Shown piece by piece: positions 51,051 through 63,400 of a DNA stretch of 64,000 nt; positions within the stretch are counted from its first letter, which is position 1, and each line of letters begins with the position of its first letter. Under the pieces are notes generated by a model. The model was given only the letters and a program-made list of their open reading frames with translations. It was not told the DNA's origin and searched no databases. The DNA is from Malacoraja senta (taxonomy: Eukaryota): positions 13,332,001 through 13,396,000 of the forward strand of contig CM075991.1 of assembly GCA_038087875.1 (NCBI GenBank), in the 5' to 3' direction. Both the position numbers and the translations under genes were made by a program.

Positions 51051-51130
51051 CTTTGAAGTATCAAAAGCACCAAATCCCATCACTTTTAACATTTCAATCT
51101 CTTCTTCCGTTTTACCCTCCATGTCTGCTT
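51051..51130 (-). CDS. SNRNP27: SNRNP27 exon 4, 80 nt
   Basis: atatttag|AA GCA...; [27 protein letters not shown]; donor GTAAGT. Confidence 0.95.
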
Positions 51131-52666
51131 CTAAATATAAACATATATGTGTAAGCAATTTAAAATTTATCAGTTACATCTAACCAATACATGTATTATT
51201 TTGCAAGTGTTAAGGTTATTCTAGAGGACAGATGGACCGGAAATTAACAACCTGAATTAGGATTTCAATGCAAGAAAGGACTTGGCAAAGTAGAGAGAGA
51301 GCAGCTACTTGGAGAGAAGTCTGTAAGCGAACAGGACAGTCACTCAAAAATCAACTGCAGATCCACCACAAATGTTCCGGCAACCAGTACCTCCTTTAAT
51401 CCGGACCAAATTACGAGAGTACACTTGAAATTGTGCCAGAAGTCTCACCAAAATTGTGGCGCCGAGTAAGGCAGTTGATCTTAAACTCATTAGGACTTCT
51501 GTGGCCGATCACTGGGTTGAATATGCTCCATGTGGCCGGGGCTCTGGAATTCCGGGCCAGCCGGAGCCAGCAGATCCGTTTCATAGCCGACTTCTGAGGC
51601 TGTCTTTGCCGGCCAGTATCTCAGCACCCATCCTGGCGGCCTAGGTACCATTCCAGTACCATTCGACTCCTCTCAGAGGCAGGTGTCGGATGGCGGGCAT
51701 GTCCGCCCTACTGCATTTTCAGCAGATTCAGCAAATCTCGGGTTGGCAGGGGCATCCCGGTAGTCTGGCCACGAAAGCTGGCCTCGGCCCGTGGGCGCCC
51801 AAAGCATTCTCTAGTCAGTTATCCATTACTATTAAAGACCAGGTGTTTCCATTTTACCAACTTAATATAGGTCAGCTACTCTGCAGTCTTGTTTCTCACC
51901 TGTTTCTCTGCATTTCTATCTTCGGCTAAAAATCATTGGTCTCTTGCTGGGGGGTGGGGGAAATTCCATTGGTCATGGTAATTTTTCAACATCTCATTAA
52001 GATGGTCATGATAGAAAGGCTTAACCTTATTATTAAGCCTAGATGCCAAAACGCAATCCATTCCTATCCTCACCCAACATCCTCACCAGCACCCTGAGAT
52101 GAACATGTTACATAAGCCAGCTTGGCAGATTTTGCTTCAATTACATCAGCACAGACAAGAACCTTCCCACTCATTGTGACTAAAAGACAGGACCTTGGCA
52201 CTTTCATAAAAAGTCTTGCTAATAATTGTAAAGTTTGCATTCTCACCTTTGGAAAGAGATTACAGGCAAAATTCAATGGGTTTTTAGTCCACCAATCACT
52301 TTAAAAAGCAAAACCCTCAATCTGAAACATTAACTATTTTACTCTCCACTGCACTGCCAACTAGGTGAATATCTTCAAAATTATTATTATTTAATAGTTT
52401 GTTTTCCTAGCATAAGCGGTGATTGGTATTAACAGTACAAGTGTTCCCATAGCTCCAACATCACTGTCAATTTAAAAAAAAACTTTCTCCCAGTTCCTTT
52501 TCCAGAATATTCAATTTGCTCGCAAAAAGAATCTGCAGTTTGTTCATCACTGCTTGGGCTAATTAATTGGAATGAGTAAATCTCTACTTGTTCAAGACAC
52601 AATTTAATTGCAGATTGTTCCTGGGCTGATGAAGCAGAGATGATCAGGGGCTGACCTATCACTTAC

Positions 52667-52746
52667 CTGAGATCTCATGTTCTTTTACCTCCTGATCTTT
52701 CGGTCTTGAAGGAGATGTTGAACTTGACCTTGGTCGTCGTGGAGAC
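52667..52746 (-). CDS. SNRNP27: SNRNP27 exon 3, 80 nt
   Basis: gacgacag|G TCT CCA...; [26 protein letters not shown]+G; donor GTAAGT; phase matches exon 4. Confidence 0.85.
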
Positions 52747-52874
52747 CTGTCGTCCCATCAGAAAGCAGAAAAATATAATTACTCAGCGATTTACACATAT
52801 GCTGTAACAATGCTGTCGAATCTTTTCCAAAAAACATAAAATGTAATAAATGTCTTATCAAGTTCAAAACAGAC

Positions 52875-52998
52875 CTTGACCGTCTTCTGTGAGGTGATCT
52901 AGAACGACTCCTCCTGCGCTCTCTATCTCGTGATCTGGATCGCTCACGCCGCCTGGCTCTTTCTCTTTCTCTGGATGTTGATCTTGACCGACGGCGCT
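52875..52998 (-). CDS. SNRNP27: SNRNP27 exon 2, 124 nt (RS domain)
   Basis: gaatgcag|AG CGC...; [41 protein letters not shown](R); donor GTCTGT. Confidence 0.93.
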
Positions 52999-53922
52999 CT
53001 GCATTCAGAGATTAAAAAAATTATATATCCATAAATATTACCAAACTAAAATGCTAACTGAATAAAATGGTGGATTCCCTTGCCTTAATGATGCCTACAT
53101 AACCAACATTTAATACAAAGTTGGTATAAATCAGTGAACAAGTCGGCCGAACTCCATTATAAGCCAGAATCAACGAGGTCAATGACATAAACCTAGCAGT
53201 AACTTGTTGATAAATTGTGGAGCAGATGGAAGATGTTATTTAAAAATGCCTTAAGGGGGTCATGCTGACCTCACGATGTGTTCCCAAACCACACATACAA
53301 ACTGCTTCACCACTACTGTGCAGTAATCACACTCTAAATAGTATGCCAATTATTCAACTGGATCTTCAACAAATTTCTGTTGTATTTGCTTTTTTGTTTC
53401 AATGAATGCCTGGATGTTGCCTGGAAAGGAGGGCTACAGTTATAAGGAGATTGAGTTTATTGTCACTGGAACATAGCAGGCTAAAGAGTGACCTTATGGA
53501 GGTTTATTGAAGGTGGAATCACATGTAGATAGGGTGGTAAAGAAAGCTTTTGGTGTGCTGGCCTTTATAAATCAGAGCATTGAATATAGAAGTTGGGATG
53601 TAATGTTAAAATTGTACAAGGCATTGGTGAGGCCAATTCTGGAGTATGGAGTACAATTTTGGTCGCCTAATTATAGGAAGGATGTCAACAAAATAGAGAG
53701 AGTACAGAGGAGATTTATTAGAATGTTGCCTGGGTTTCAACAACTAAGTTACAGAGAAAGGTTGAACAAGTTAGGTCTTTATTCTTTGGAGCGCAGAAGG
53801 TTAAGAGGGGACTTGATAGAGGTCTTTAAAATTATGAGCGGGTTAAACAGAGTGGACGTGGATAAGCTTTTCCCATTGAGAGTAGGGAAGATTCAAACAA
53901 GGGGACATGACTTGAGAATTAA

Positions 53923-56900
53923 TGAATATAATGAATGAATGAATATAACTTTAATTGTCATTCAGGTATACACATAGACACAGTGCACATTGAACGAAAT
54001 TTCGTTGCATTGACTCTTCAAAGTAGCAGCAGAATATAACATTTATATCAGGCGATCAGTAAAAGTGCTTAGTGTGTCCATAAAAAATGCTTCATGTGCA
54101 TAGTTAAAAAAGGAAAGTTTTTAAAAGTGGCAATGTATAAGAAAGTTCTAGCATCGGTTTGATTGTGAGTTCAATAGTCTTATGCCCTGGGGGATGAAGC
54201 TGTTGCAGAACCTGGTTGTTCCGCTCTTCATGCTGCGGTACCTTCTCCCAGAGTTCAGCAGTGTAAACAGTCCATATTGTGGGTGTGTGGGGGCTCTGGT
54301 AATGCCCTTAGCTCTTGTCAGACAGCGTTTGTAACCAATGTCCATGATGGAAGGAAGAGAAGTCCCAATGATTTTTTCCGCTGTCCTCACCACTCTCTGA
54401 AGGCACTTCCAGTCCGCAGCTGTACAGCCGCCGCACCACATAGAGATGCAGCTGGTCATGACTGATTCAATGGTGCTTCTGTAGAATGTGGTGAGGATGG
54501 GAGGGTGGAGGTGTGATCTTCTCATCCTGCGGAGGAAGTACAAACGCTGCTGTGCCCGTTTTACCAGAGATAATAATAATAATAATTCATTTTATTTGCT
54601 GGCGCCTTTCTAACACCCAAGGACACCTTGCAAGGCATAGAATCACAAAAATACAAAACACATAATCGGAATAAATTAAATATAAAAACACCACAATACA
54701 CAAATCAAGGACAGAATTCAATTACAAAAGCACAAAAAGAAAATAAGAAACACAATTTGAGGAGAGAGCAGCGGCAGCCAAATCGCGCCAGCGTCCACTC
54801 TCCCCTCCAACAGCCATCTTGAACACAGACTAACAGGCACAGCACACAAAAATCATCCCCCCACAATGACCACCACTGTGGGGGAAGGCACAATGTCCAG
54901 TCCCCAGCCCCAGTTCTCCCCAGAGTCAGGCCCATCGAGGCCGCCACAGTTGCCTCTACGGAGGCCCGATGTTCCTGGCCGTCGGGAGAGTCCTCGTAGC
55001 GGCTGGAACGGCCGGTTTCCCAGCGGAGTCCATGGCACCTGAAGCCGACAGGGCCGCGCCGATTTGGAGCCATGAGGCTCCCGATGTAAAAGTCGGCACC
55101 GCCGCCCGCGGCTGGTCGCACCGCAGCCCCGCAGTGTTGATGTCGGCGGTCACCGCATACCGGAGCTCCAGCGCGTCGTTCCAGCGCAGCGACCCAGGCA
55201 AGGCATCGCCCGCTCCGCTCCGCTCCACGATAGCGCTGTGCCGCCAGCGAAGCTGAAGGTGCTGGGCGGTCCCCATCAGGAAAACGGCGCTCCAGGCCCG
55301 CTGGTAGGCCACGAGGACGGGTCGACGAGGCAGCTTGGAGAAAAAGCTGCCTCACCGACCAGGCAGGGACCCAGAAATAGTTTCCCCCTTACCCCCCCAC
55401 ATTAAGAGTCAAAATTCCCCAAACAAACAAAGAAATAAAAAAAGCTAAAACTAAAGAAAAAGTGAATTTGACGGACGGCTGCTGTTTAGCAACCGTTCCT
55501 CCAAGATGATGTTTGTAGTCCAAGTTAAGGTATCCGTTATATGCACTCCCAGGAACTTGATGCTTTTCACCTGCTCCACTGCTAAGTTGTTGATGCACAG
55601 CGGAGTGTGACTGGGCTGATTTTTCTTTCTGAAGTCGACGACAATCTCCTTGGTTTTGTCCACATTTAGAAGGTTGTTCCTGCTGCACCAGCTCACCAGC
55701 TGCTCCACCTCCTCTCTGTATGCCTGGTCGTCGTTGTTGCGGATGAGGCCCACTACTGTTGTGTCATCCGAGTATTTGATGATATGGTTAGTAGTGGACC
55801 TGGCGACACAGTCATGTGTCATCAATGTGAAGAGCAGCGGACTCAGGACACAGCCCTGAGGGGAACCGGTGCTCAGTGTGATGACCGATGAGTTGTTCTT
55901 CCCCACCCGCACAGACTGGGGTCTTTCAGAAAGGAAATCCAGGATCCAGTTGCATAGTGTGGTATTGAATCCTAGGGGTGCCAGTTTGCTCACCAGATGC
56001 TGGGGGATTATCGTATTGAATGCTGAGCTGAAGTCAACAAACAGCATCCGCACGTTGGTGTTCTTCTCCTCCAGGTGTTGTAGGCTCAGGTGGACTGCAG
56101 AGGAGATAGCATCCTCTGTGTTGCGGTTCGGGCGATAAGCAAACTGGAACGGGTCAAAACTGGAGGGGAGTTTAGAGACCATGTGCTGCTTAATAAGCCT
56201 CTCAAAGCACTTCATTATTATTGGTGTGAGTGCTACGGGGCGGTAATCATTCAGGCAGGTTATTGTGGACTTTTTGGGAACTGGTATGATGGTGGCTGTC
56301 TTGAAACATGATGGAACATTGGCCTGGTTCAGGGAGGTGTTAAAAATGTCTGTCAGAACCAGGGCCAGCTGGTCGGCACATCCCCTAAGCAGACGCCCCG
56401 GTATGTTATCCGGTCCGGCTGCCTTTCGCTTGTCAATGCCCTCCAGGATTCTGCGGACTTCTGCAGTTTCAAAAGACAGTGTCTGTTCTCCTGGTTGAGG
56501 CTCTAATTTCCTCACTATAGTGGTGTTCAGTGCCTCAAACCTCCCGAAATGATTATTGAGTTCATTGAGAAAGTCTGTGTCATCCTTACAAGACATCTGA
56601 GGGGCCTTGTAGTTTGTTATGGCCCGGATGCCTTCCCACATGTTCCTGGTGTTGGTATCATCCTGGAAGAAACCCTGGATTTTCTGTCCGTGGGCGCGCT
56701 TTGCTTTCCTTATTTCACGGTTAAGGTTGGCTCTCGCTGTTCTCAGAGCCCCCAAATCACCAGATTTAAAAGCCGCATTCCGTGCTTTCAGCATGGCACG
56801 CACCTCTGCAGTAATCCAAGGTTTGTGGTTGGCCCGGGTTGTGATGTTCCCGATGACAGTGACGTCCTCCATGCACTTCTGTATGTATCCCGACACAGAC

Positions 56901-57414
56901 ATGGCATACTCATCCACATTGATGTTTTGGTTGTAAGTGGCTGCTGTCCTGAACATGTCCGTGCACTCAAGGCAGTCCTGGAGTGCTTCTATAGCTCCCT
57001 CAGACCAGACTCTAACCTGCTTCACAGTGGGTTTCTCTCTGATCAGCAGGGGCTTATAGGCTGGGATGAGCATTACAGAGAGGTGGTCAGAGGAGCCGAG
57101 GTGAGGCCGGGGTGCTGCTCTGAAAGGCTGCTTGATGTTACTGTAGACCCGGTCCAGCGTATTCTCTCCACGTGTAGCAAAGTCCACATATTGATGGAAA
57201 TGAGGGAGAACAGTCTTCATGTTGGCCTGGTTAAGGTCCCCAGCAACAATGACAATGCCCTCTGGATGATTTCTTTGCAGCTCACTGATGGAACGGTAGA
57301 GAATACGCAGAGCCTCCTTAGTGTTGGCCGCGGGGGGATGTATACAGCAGTAATGCTAACCACAGTAAACTCCCGTGGCAGATAGAATGGCCTGCATTTC
57401 AGTCAAAAACTCTA
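53923..57414 (-). mobile_element. Rex1/Babar-like LINE, 5'-truncated within the endonuclease, largely open ORF2
   Basis: [72 protein letters not shown]-terminus resumes at 54570 (SLVKRAQQRLYFLRR); (ATTC)n tail. Confidence 0.9.
54571..55503 (-). mobile_element. GC-rich non-coding retroposon with L2-like 3' tail, inserted in the Rex-like RT
   Basis: Interrupts ..WTTNII / SLVKRA..; ends GTGTCCTTGGGTGTTAGAAAGGCGCCAGCAAATAAAATGAA(TTA)n. Confidence 0.8.
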
Positions 57415-58544
57415 GGGACAGAGGTTTAGGGGTAACATTAGGGGGAACTTCTTTACTCAGAGAGTGGTAGCAGTGTGGAATGAGCTTCCAGTGGAAGTGG
57501 AGGAGGCAGGTTCGATGTTATCCTTTAAAAATAGATTGGATGGGTATATGGACGGGAAAGGAATGGAGGGTTATGGTCTGAGTGCAGGTAGACCATAAGT
57601 GTTTTCGTGCTGTTATGGTTATATGGTTATAGACACAAATCTCAGCGGGACAGGCAGTAAAAAAACAAAAAATTAAAAAAAGTGTTCGGCAAGGACTTGA
57701 AGGGCCGAGATGGCCTGTTTCGTGCTGTTATGGTTATATGGTTATAGACACAAAACTCAGCGGGACAGGCAGCAATCCTGGAGAGAAGGAATGGGTGACG
57801 TTTCGGGTCGAGACCCTTTTTCAGACGGCTGAAGAAGGGTCTGGACCCAAAACTTCACCCATTCCTAGATGCTGCCTGTCCCGCTGAGTTACTCCTGTAT
57901 TTTGTGTCTATCCTATGAGCTCCTAGCAGGGGAGCTTAAAACTGGAGTATGAGTTTAAGGAGAGAAATTTAACAGATGTGAAAGACGTTTATTATCACTT
58001 ATATTGCACGATCTGCCAGAGGAGTTGTGGGGTCAAATACAATTACAACATTTAAAAGGCTTTTAGACAGCTACTTGGATAGGAAAGCTGTAGAGGGATA
58101 CGGGCCAATGCTGTTCCATGGGATTTGGGGAGTAGATAAGGCATCACAGTGCTCGTGCCTGAGCTATTCTGTCTCTAGAAGTATGAGAGGCAATCTTTAT
58201 TGTTGCATACATAATTCTTAGAGGTTAGAAATGAAAATGCTGAGGATGTTTCCTCTTGTGGGAGAATCCAGCACCAGAGGGCACTGTCTCAGATAAAGAG
58301 ATGGCCATTTAAGAGAAAAACAAGAAATACTTTCTCTCCTACCTAAGAGTTTTCGAATTCCTTGCTGTGACTGTAGAGACCTTGCATATATTTAAGACTG
58401 AGATTGATAATTAGCAAGAGAATCAAGAATTACGGAGAAGGGCAGGAAAGTCAGCTTGAGGATTGTTACCGACTGCAATCCTCCTGAATGGCAGAGCAGG
58501 TTCAGGTGGCTGCTTGGTCTGTTCGTGTTCATACTTCTTATGGT

Positions 58545-58733
58545 TTTGGACAAAGGGTAGAGATGAAAAGACAAAAAGTAGGAGTGAATTGTGAAGCCAG
58601 AGGAAGGAAAAGGGCAAAGGGTACAGGTGACAGGGGGAAATGGCTGCAAATCCAGAAGAGGGGTTGTTAATGACCAAAAATTGGAGAATTCAATGTTGAT
58701 ACCGTTAGGCTGTAATCTACCCAAGTGGAATAA
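58545..58733 (-). mobile_element. Penelope-like element relic (GIY-YIG endonuclease C-terminus + 3' region)
   Basis: FHLGRLQPNGINIEFSNF matches the C-terminal motif I recall for vertebrate PLE GIY-YIG domains. Confidence 0.6.
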
Positions 58734-59555
58734 GCGAGTTCGGTATTCCGACTGCTTCCGCATGCCCAGGTCAAAGGTCACTATGCATAAACATTGCTGG
58801 AAAGCAGTGAAACAGACAATAAACAATAGGTGCCGGAGTAGGCCATTCGGCCCTTCGAGCCAGCACCGCCATTCAATGTGATCATGGCTGATCATCCCCA
58901 ATCAGTACCCCGTTCCTGCCTTCTCCCCATATCCCCTGACTCCGCTATTTTTAAGTGCCCTATCTAGCTCTCTCTTGAAAGCATGCAGAGAACCGGCCTC
59001 CACCGCCCTCTGAAGCTGAGAATTCCACAGACCTTCATTTCTTCCGTTTTTTTCCCAGCTTTGATTCTTCCAGGTAAGAAAATACTGCTTTCAAACTATG
59101 AAATAGTTGTATTTGTTGTTCCTTTGTTAAAAGCTAAGATTATTTTGTTGTTTTTATTGTTTTATGCTTTGGTGAGTGAGCGAGATCATGCTCGTCCGTG
59201 GTTGGTGTCGGGTCGGGTCTGTTGAGTTACTGCTGGGCCATCCCCGTCCCCTACCGGGTGTCTCATCCCTGTGCGGGGGCTGCCCAACATTAACTCAACA
59301 GACCTGGGCCCGACACCAACCACTGACGAGCACGATCGCGCTCACTCACCAAAGCATAATAATGCAATAAAAATATATAATAATCTTAGCTTTTATCAAA
59401 GGAACAATAAATACAACTATTCCATAGTTTGAAAGCAGTATTTTCTTACCTAGAAGAATCAAAGCTGGAAAAACCGGAAGAATTGAAGGTCCACTGCAAT
59501 GTTTATATATAGTGACCTTTGACCTGGGCATGTGCAGTCAGAATACCGAACTCGC
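58734..59555. mobile_element. Long palindromic (foldback/MITE-like) element, left arm interrupted by a minus-strand CR1 3' end (~58803-59030)
   Basis: Termini GCGAGTTCGGTATTCCGAC / GTCAGAATACCGAACTCGC; arms are complementary up to a ~25-nt centre near 59260. Confidence 0.85.
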
Positions 59556-59929
59556 AGGGGGAGAGAGAGAGAGAGGGCAGAGGGTGAGAGAGGGGCAGGG
59601 GGGGGGAGGAATACGGGGGATAGAAACATAGACAATAGGTGCAGGAGTAGGCCACTCGGCCCTTCGAGCCAGCACCGCCATTCACTGTGATCATCCACAC
59701 TCCCCATACCCTTGACTCCGCTAGCCCTAAGTGCTCTATCTAACTCTCTCTGTGAATGGGCCGTGGAGACGGGGTGTGGGAGTGCGAGGCCCCGGGTCGT
59801 GGCCGCGTGTGAATGAATGAATGGCCGCGGCCATGAGCGGGGGAGGGGGGCGGGGAGCGGGGAGGGGGCTGTGGGACCGGGCGGTGGGCGACGCTCCCTC
59901 CCCCTCCCCCTCCCCCCGGCCGCACTTAC

Positions 59930-59963
59930 CCCTCCGCGGGGACCGGCTCCGACTCCGCCCCAT
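59930..59963 (-). CDS. SNRNP27: U4/U6.U5 tri-snRNP 27 kDa protein, coding exon 1, 34 nt
   Basis: gccATGG Kozak context; MGRSRSRSPRR+G; donor GTAAGT; lies in a CpG island. Confidence 0.95.
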
Positions 59964-60029
59964 GGCCGCCGCCCCGAACCGGCGTCAGAAACTTCCAGAA
60001 GCGCGGGCCCGCCGTAATGAACGGCACCG

Positions 60030-60405
60030 GCCGGCAGCGCCCCCAGCGGCCGGAGGACCACAGCGGCCCCCAGGTGAGGAGGAACTTCTTTAGTCAGAGG
60101 GTAGTTAATCTGTGGACTACTGCGCCCCAGCAGCCGAGGCCCACAGCGCTCCCAGCTGCCGGAGGACTACTGCGCCCCCAGCGACCGGAGGACCACAGCG
60201 GCCCCCAGCGACCGGAGGACCGCAGCGGCCGGAGGACCACAGCGCCCCCAGCGACCGGAGGACCGCAGCGCCCCCAGCGGCCGGAGGCCCACAGCGCTCA
60301 CCAGCGGCCGGAGGACCGCAGCGGCCCGAGGACCACAGCGGCCGGAGGACTACTGCGCCCCCAGCGGCCGGAGGACCCCAGCGGCCCCCAGCGGCCGGAA
60401 GACCA
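60030..60405. repeat. GC-rich degenerate minisatellite (~26-bp unit CCCCCAGCGGCCGGAGGACCACAGCG) just upstream of SNRNP27
   Basis: About a dozen imperfect copies directly visible, starting ~70 bp upstream of the ATG. Confidence 0.85.
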
Positions 60406-63400
60406 CGCTGAGGGAAGTGGTCCAGTCAGGCCAGGTGATGCCAGGTGAGGTCTCAACCTGAAACGTCATCCAGAGATGCTGCTGCCTGTCCCGCCGAGTT
60501 ACTGCAGCATTTTGTGTCTATAAACCAGCATCTGACGTCCCTTCCTAAACCCATCGTTCCCAGTGGGGCGCCTCCTGTCGCCGACCGTGAGACTGCAGCC
60601 GGTTCTACTGGGCCCTTCCCTTGTCCAGCATCCACCGCCTGAATCACCCTCTATCCATTGTCCGGGCAGGGGCCGGGCTCGGCGGAATTCCCGCTCCGGG
60701 TGGCATCTGGGCTGAGTCTAATGGTTAATAAACATTGGTCCATTTCACCAGAGGGGTGGAATAGGAAGTGGTGCAAGTATTATGGCAACTGTATAAAATC
60801 TTCACTTAAATATAGGTACCGTGTGAAATACAGTGTGCGTGTGTGTGCTACAGTACCATGTGTGATGCTGGGCATAATGAAAGGCATACATAGAGTGATG
60901 TTTCCACTGGTGGGAGAGTCTTGGACCAAAGGTCATAGCCTCAGAATTAGAGTGCTCTCTTTTAGAAAGGAGGTGAGGAGGAACTTCTTTAGTCAGAGGT
61001 TAGTTAATCTGGAATTTATTGCCACAGAGGGCTGTGGAGGCCAAGTCAGTGGATATTTTTAAGGCAGAGATAGACAAATTCTTGATTAGAACGGGTGCCG
61101 AGGGTTATGGGGAGAAGGCAGGAAAATGAGAGGCAGAGATCAGCCATGATTGAATGGTGGAGTGGACTCGATGGGCGAAATAGTCTAATTCTACTGCTAT
61201 AACTTGTGAACTTGTGGGCAGAGGGTCACAAGTCTAAGCCATTGATGTAACCTGTGCAAACGAGAAACACAGACACGGGAACAATATCGGACCGATTTCC
61301 ACAACCTTAATCTGATCCAAATATTATATAAAGATGGTATAAAGAGAAGGCTAATTGAAGAACGAAAATCCACAAGAAATGTATCCTGTTTAACCAATTT
61401 TACTGACAGTGGAAAGGCATCACCTGTTCACGCTGGTTTAATTTTATCCCAATTTCTCATTCACTTCCTACAGGCATTCAGGGCAATATACAGAGGTCAC
61501 TTAACCTAGCATCCCACATGTCTTTCACATGTGGGAGTATAGGAAAGGTTTAGAGGTGTGGGCCTAACGCGGTAAATGGGACAGGCTTAGATGGGCATCT
61601 TAGTCAGCACGGTCGTTGGGCCGAAGGGCCTGTCCATGCTGCATGACTATGAAACCGGAGCACCCGGAGGAAACCACATGATCATAGGGAGAACGTGTAG
61701 ACTCCACACAGACAGCACCCGGGGTGATGATCGGACTTGGTTTCTGCCGCTGCGAGGTAGCAGCTCTACCAGCTGTGCCACCGTGCCATTCTAATCAACA
61801 GATGAATCTTCTGGGGGGGAGAAAGGCCAGACAAATATTAGTTTCAGGCTCATTCAGGTGGAAAAGATCACAGCCCATCAAATGATTAAACCCCCCTCCC
61901 CCACCCAATGATGTTTGCCCTACACAACCCCGCAAGATTCAGAACATGTCGCAGATGGAACCAGGTCAAACCCCCTCCAGAGTTGTATTGTCTTTCCGCT
62001 GACTGGTTATCACGCAACAACAGATTTTCACTGTACCTCGGTGCACGTGACAGGAAACTAAAGTGAACTGAGAGAGGGATTGGCCAGCTCTAGCATTTCC
62101 CATTCATCTTGCCGATGGATTGACAACGACGCAGAGACACAATAGTTCACGGCAGTTCATGGTTCATTTTAATTACAGTGCGGATTGCAGAATACAAAGA
62201 CCCAGGCACACATCGAGCAGAGACAGATGAGTATTTACAGGTAGCCAGATCACAGCGAGGCACCAAATGCAATGCACCAACACTTCTTTATCTCGTATAT
62301 ATTGACATCAAGCCATGTACATCACATTGGATTGTGGTGCTCAGCAAAGACTGTCACGGACAACACTCCAGACACAAGCACAAGGGATGCATTAAGTCCT
62401 GGGACAATATATCCTTCAGTTTAAGTGCTATGGTCACAACCAGTGGAGGTGGGAATCAATGGTTTATTAAACAGCGAAGGCAGAAACACCAATGACCTCA
62501 GTCTTTAATATTTGGTTTTCATTTGTGTTAATCTCAAATTTGTTTTTTCCCCTGTAGAATGGGAGGTGTCCAGCATGAAAAGGCTCATCTAAGACATAGT
62601 GAGAAGCATTTGGATATAATCCGGGCAGACTTCCCTCTGTACTCACATGGGGAACAGTCGCTTTGGAAAGGAACTTGTGGAATCATTTTAAGGTACAAGG
62701 CAAGGGTCAGAGCAGACAAGAGAACCAGGGCCGGATCTAGGAATTGCCATTCACAGAGAGAGGGACTAACTCACAGAACCCGTCCCATGGACCAGAGCTG
62801 TCAAAATCCTCAGTGTAATTGCAAAACCATTTGTGCAGTGCATTGGTGATGACAGCACTCCTCCACAATGCTGATTAGACCACGGTCGTGTGTGTGGACT
62901 ATTGGTGATGATAGGGGGGTTCCTCTACACCGCTGATTACACCATGGTCGTGTGTGTGGAGGGGGGGGGGGGTGTGGACAATGTGGTTCTCAGGTTATAA
63001 ACAAGAAGCACGAGGAGCCAGGCCATCCCCAGCTGTGGTTCTCCAGCTTTCAGCCACTTCACATTGTGAGTGAACACAAGATGTGGCACTGCACGGCTCC
63101 TCTCGACTACCCGACGCTCAACGCTGAATAAAGGGAGCAAGGGAGGAACGCACATTCCTGTCCCCACACCCACACAACATTCTAAAACACTCGACCGCCA
63201 GCACTGTCGTCACCTTTGTGGTGGAAACCGAGCATCGGAATCTCCCACAAAACTCTGAACACAACATCATCTTTGGAGTTTTTTTCCGATAAAACCAGCC
63301 AGCACCCCAGATAGACTTCCTTCCACCGTCAGTCACTACCTTGTGGAGGGGCTTGATCCATCTGACAGGTAAACGGTGTAGACTGGTGTAGATGGGGTAG

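Larger units (their letters stand above)
53508..57745 (+). mobile_element. CR1 3' fragment (same family as 645-4421), split into 53508-53922 and 57415-57745
   Basis: 53508-53922 aligns without gaps to 3715-4129 with about 8 mismatches in 415 nt (manual count); the sequence resumes at 57415 where it broke. Confidence 0.93.

Noticed and set aside
51350..51830. GC-richer patch in SNRNP27 intron 3 as an extra exon or DNA transposon
   Set aside because: The CDS is complete without it and I could not define terminal repeats or a TSD; probably an old repeat.
52685..52690. Alternative donor GAG|GTAAAA in SNRNP27 exon 3
   Set aside because: Phase 0 would frameshift exon 4; the GTAAGT donor at 52666 is stronger and in frame.
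54705..55355. 216-aa GC-rich ORF as a host or captured gene
   Set aside because: No recognisable domain; long ORFs are expected at this GC content, and it lies wholly within the inserted element.
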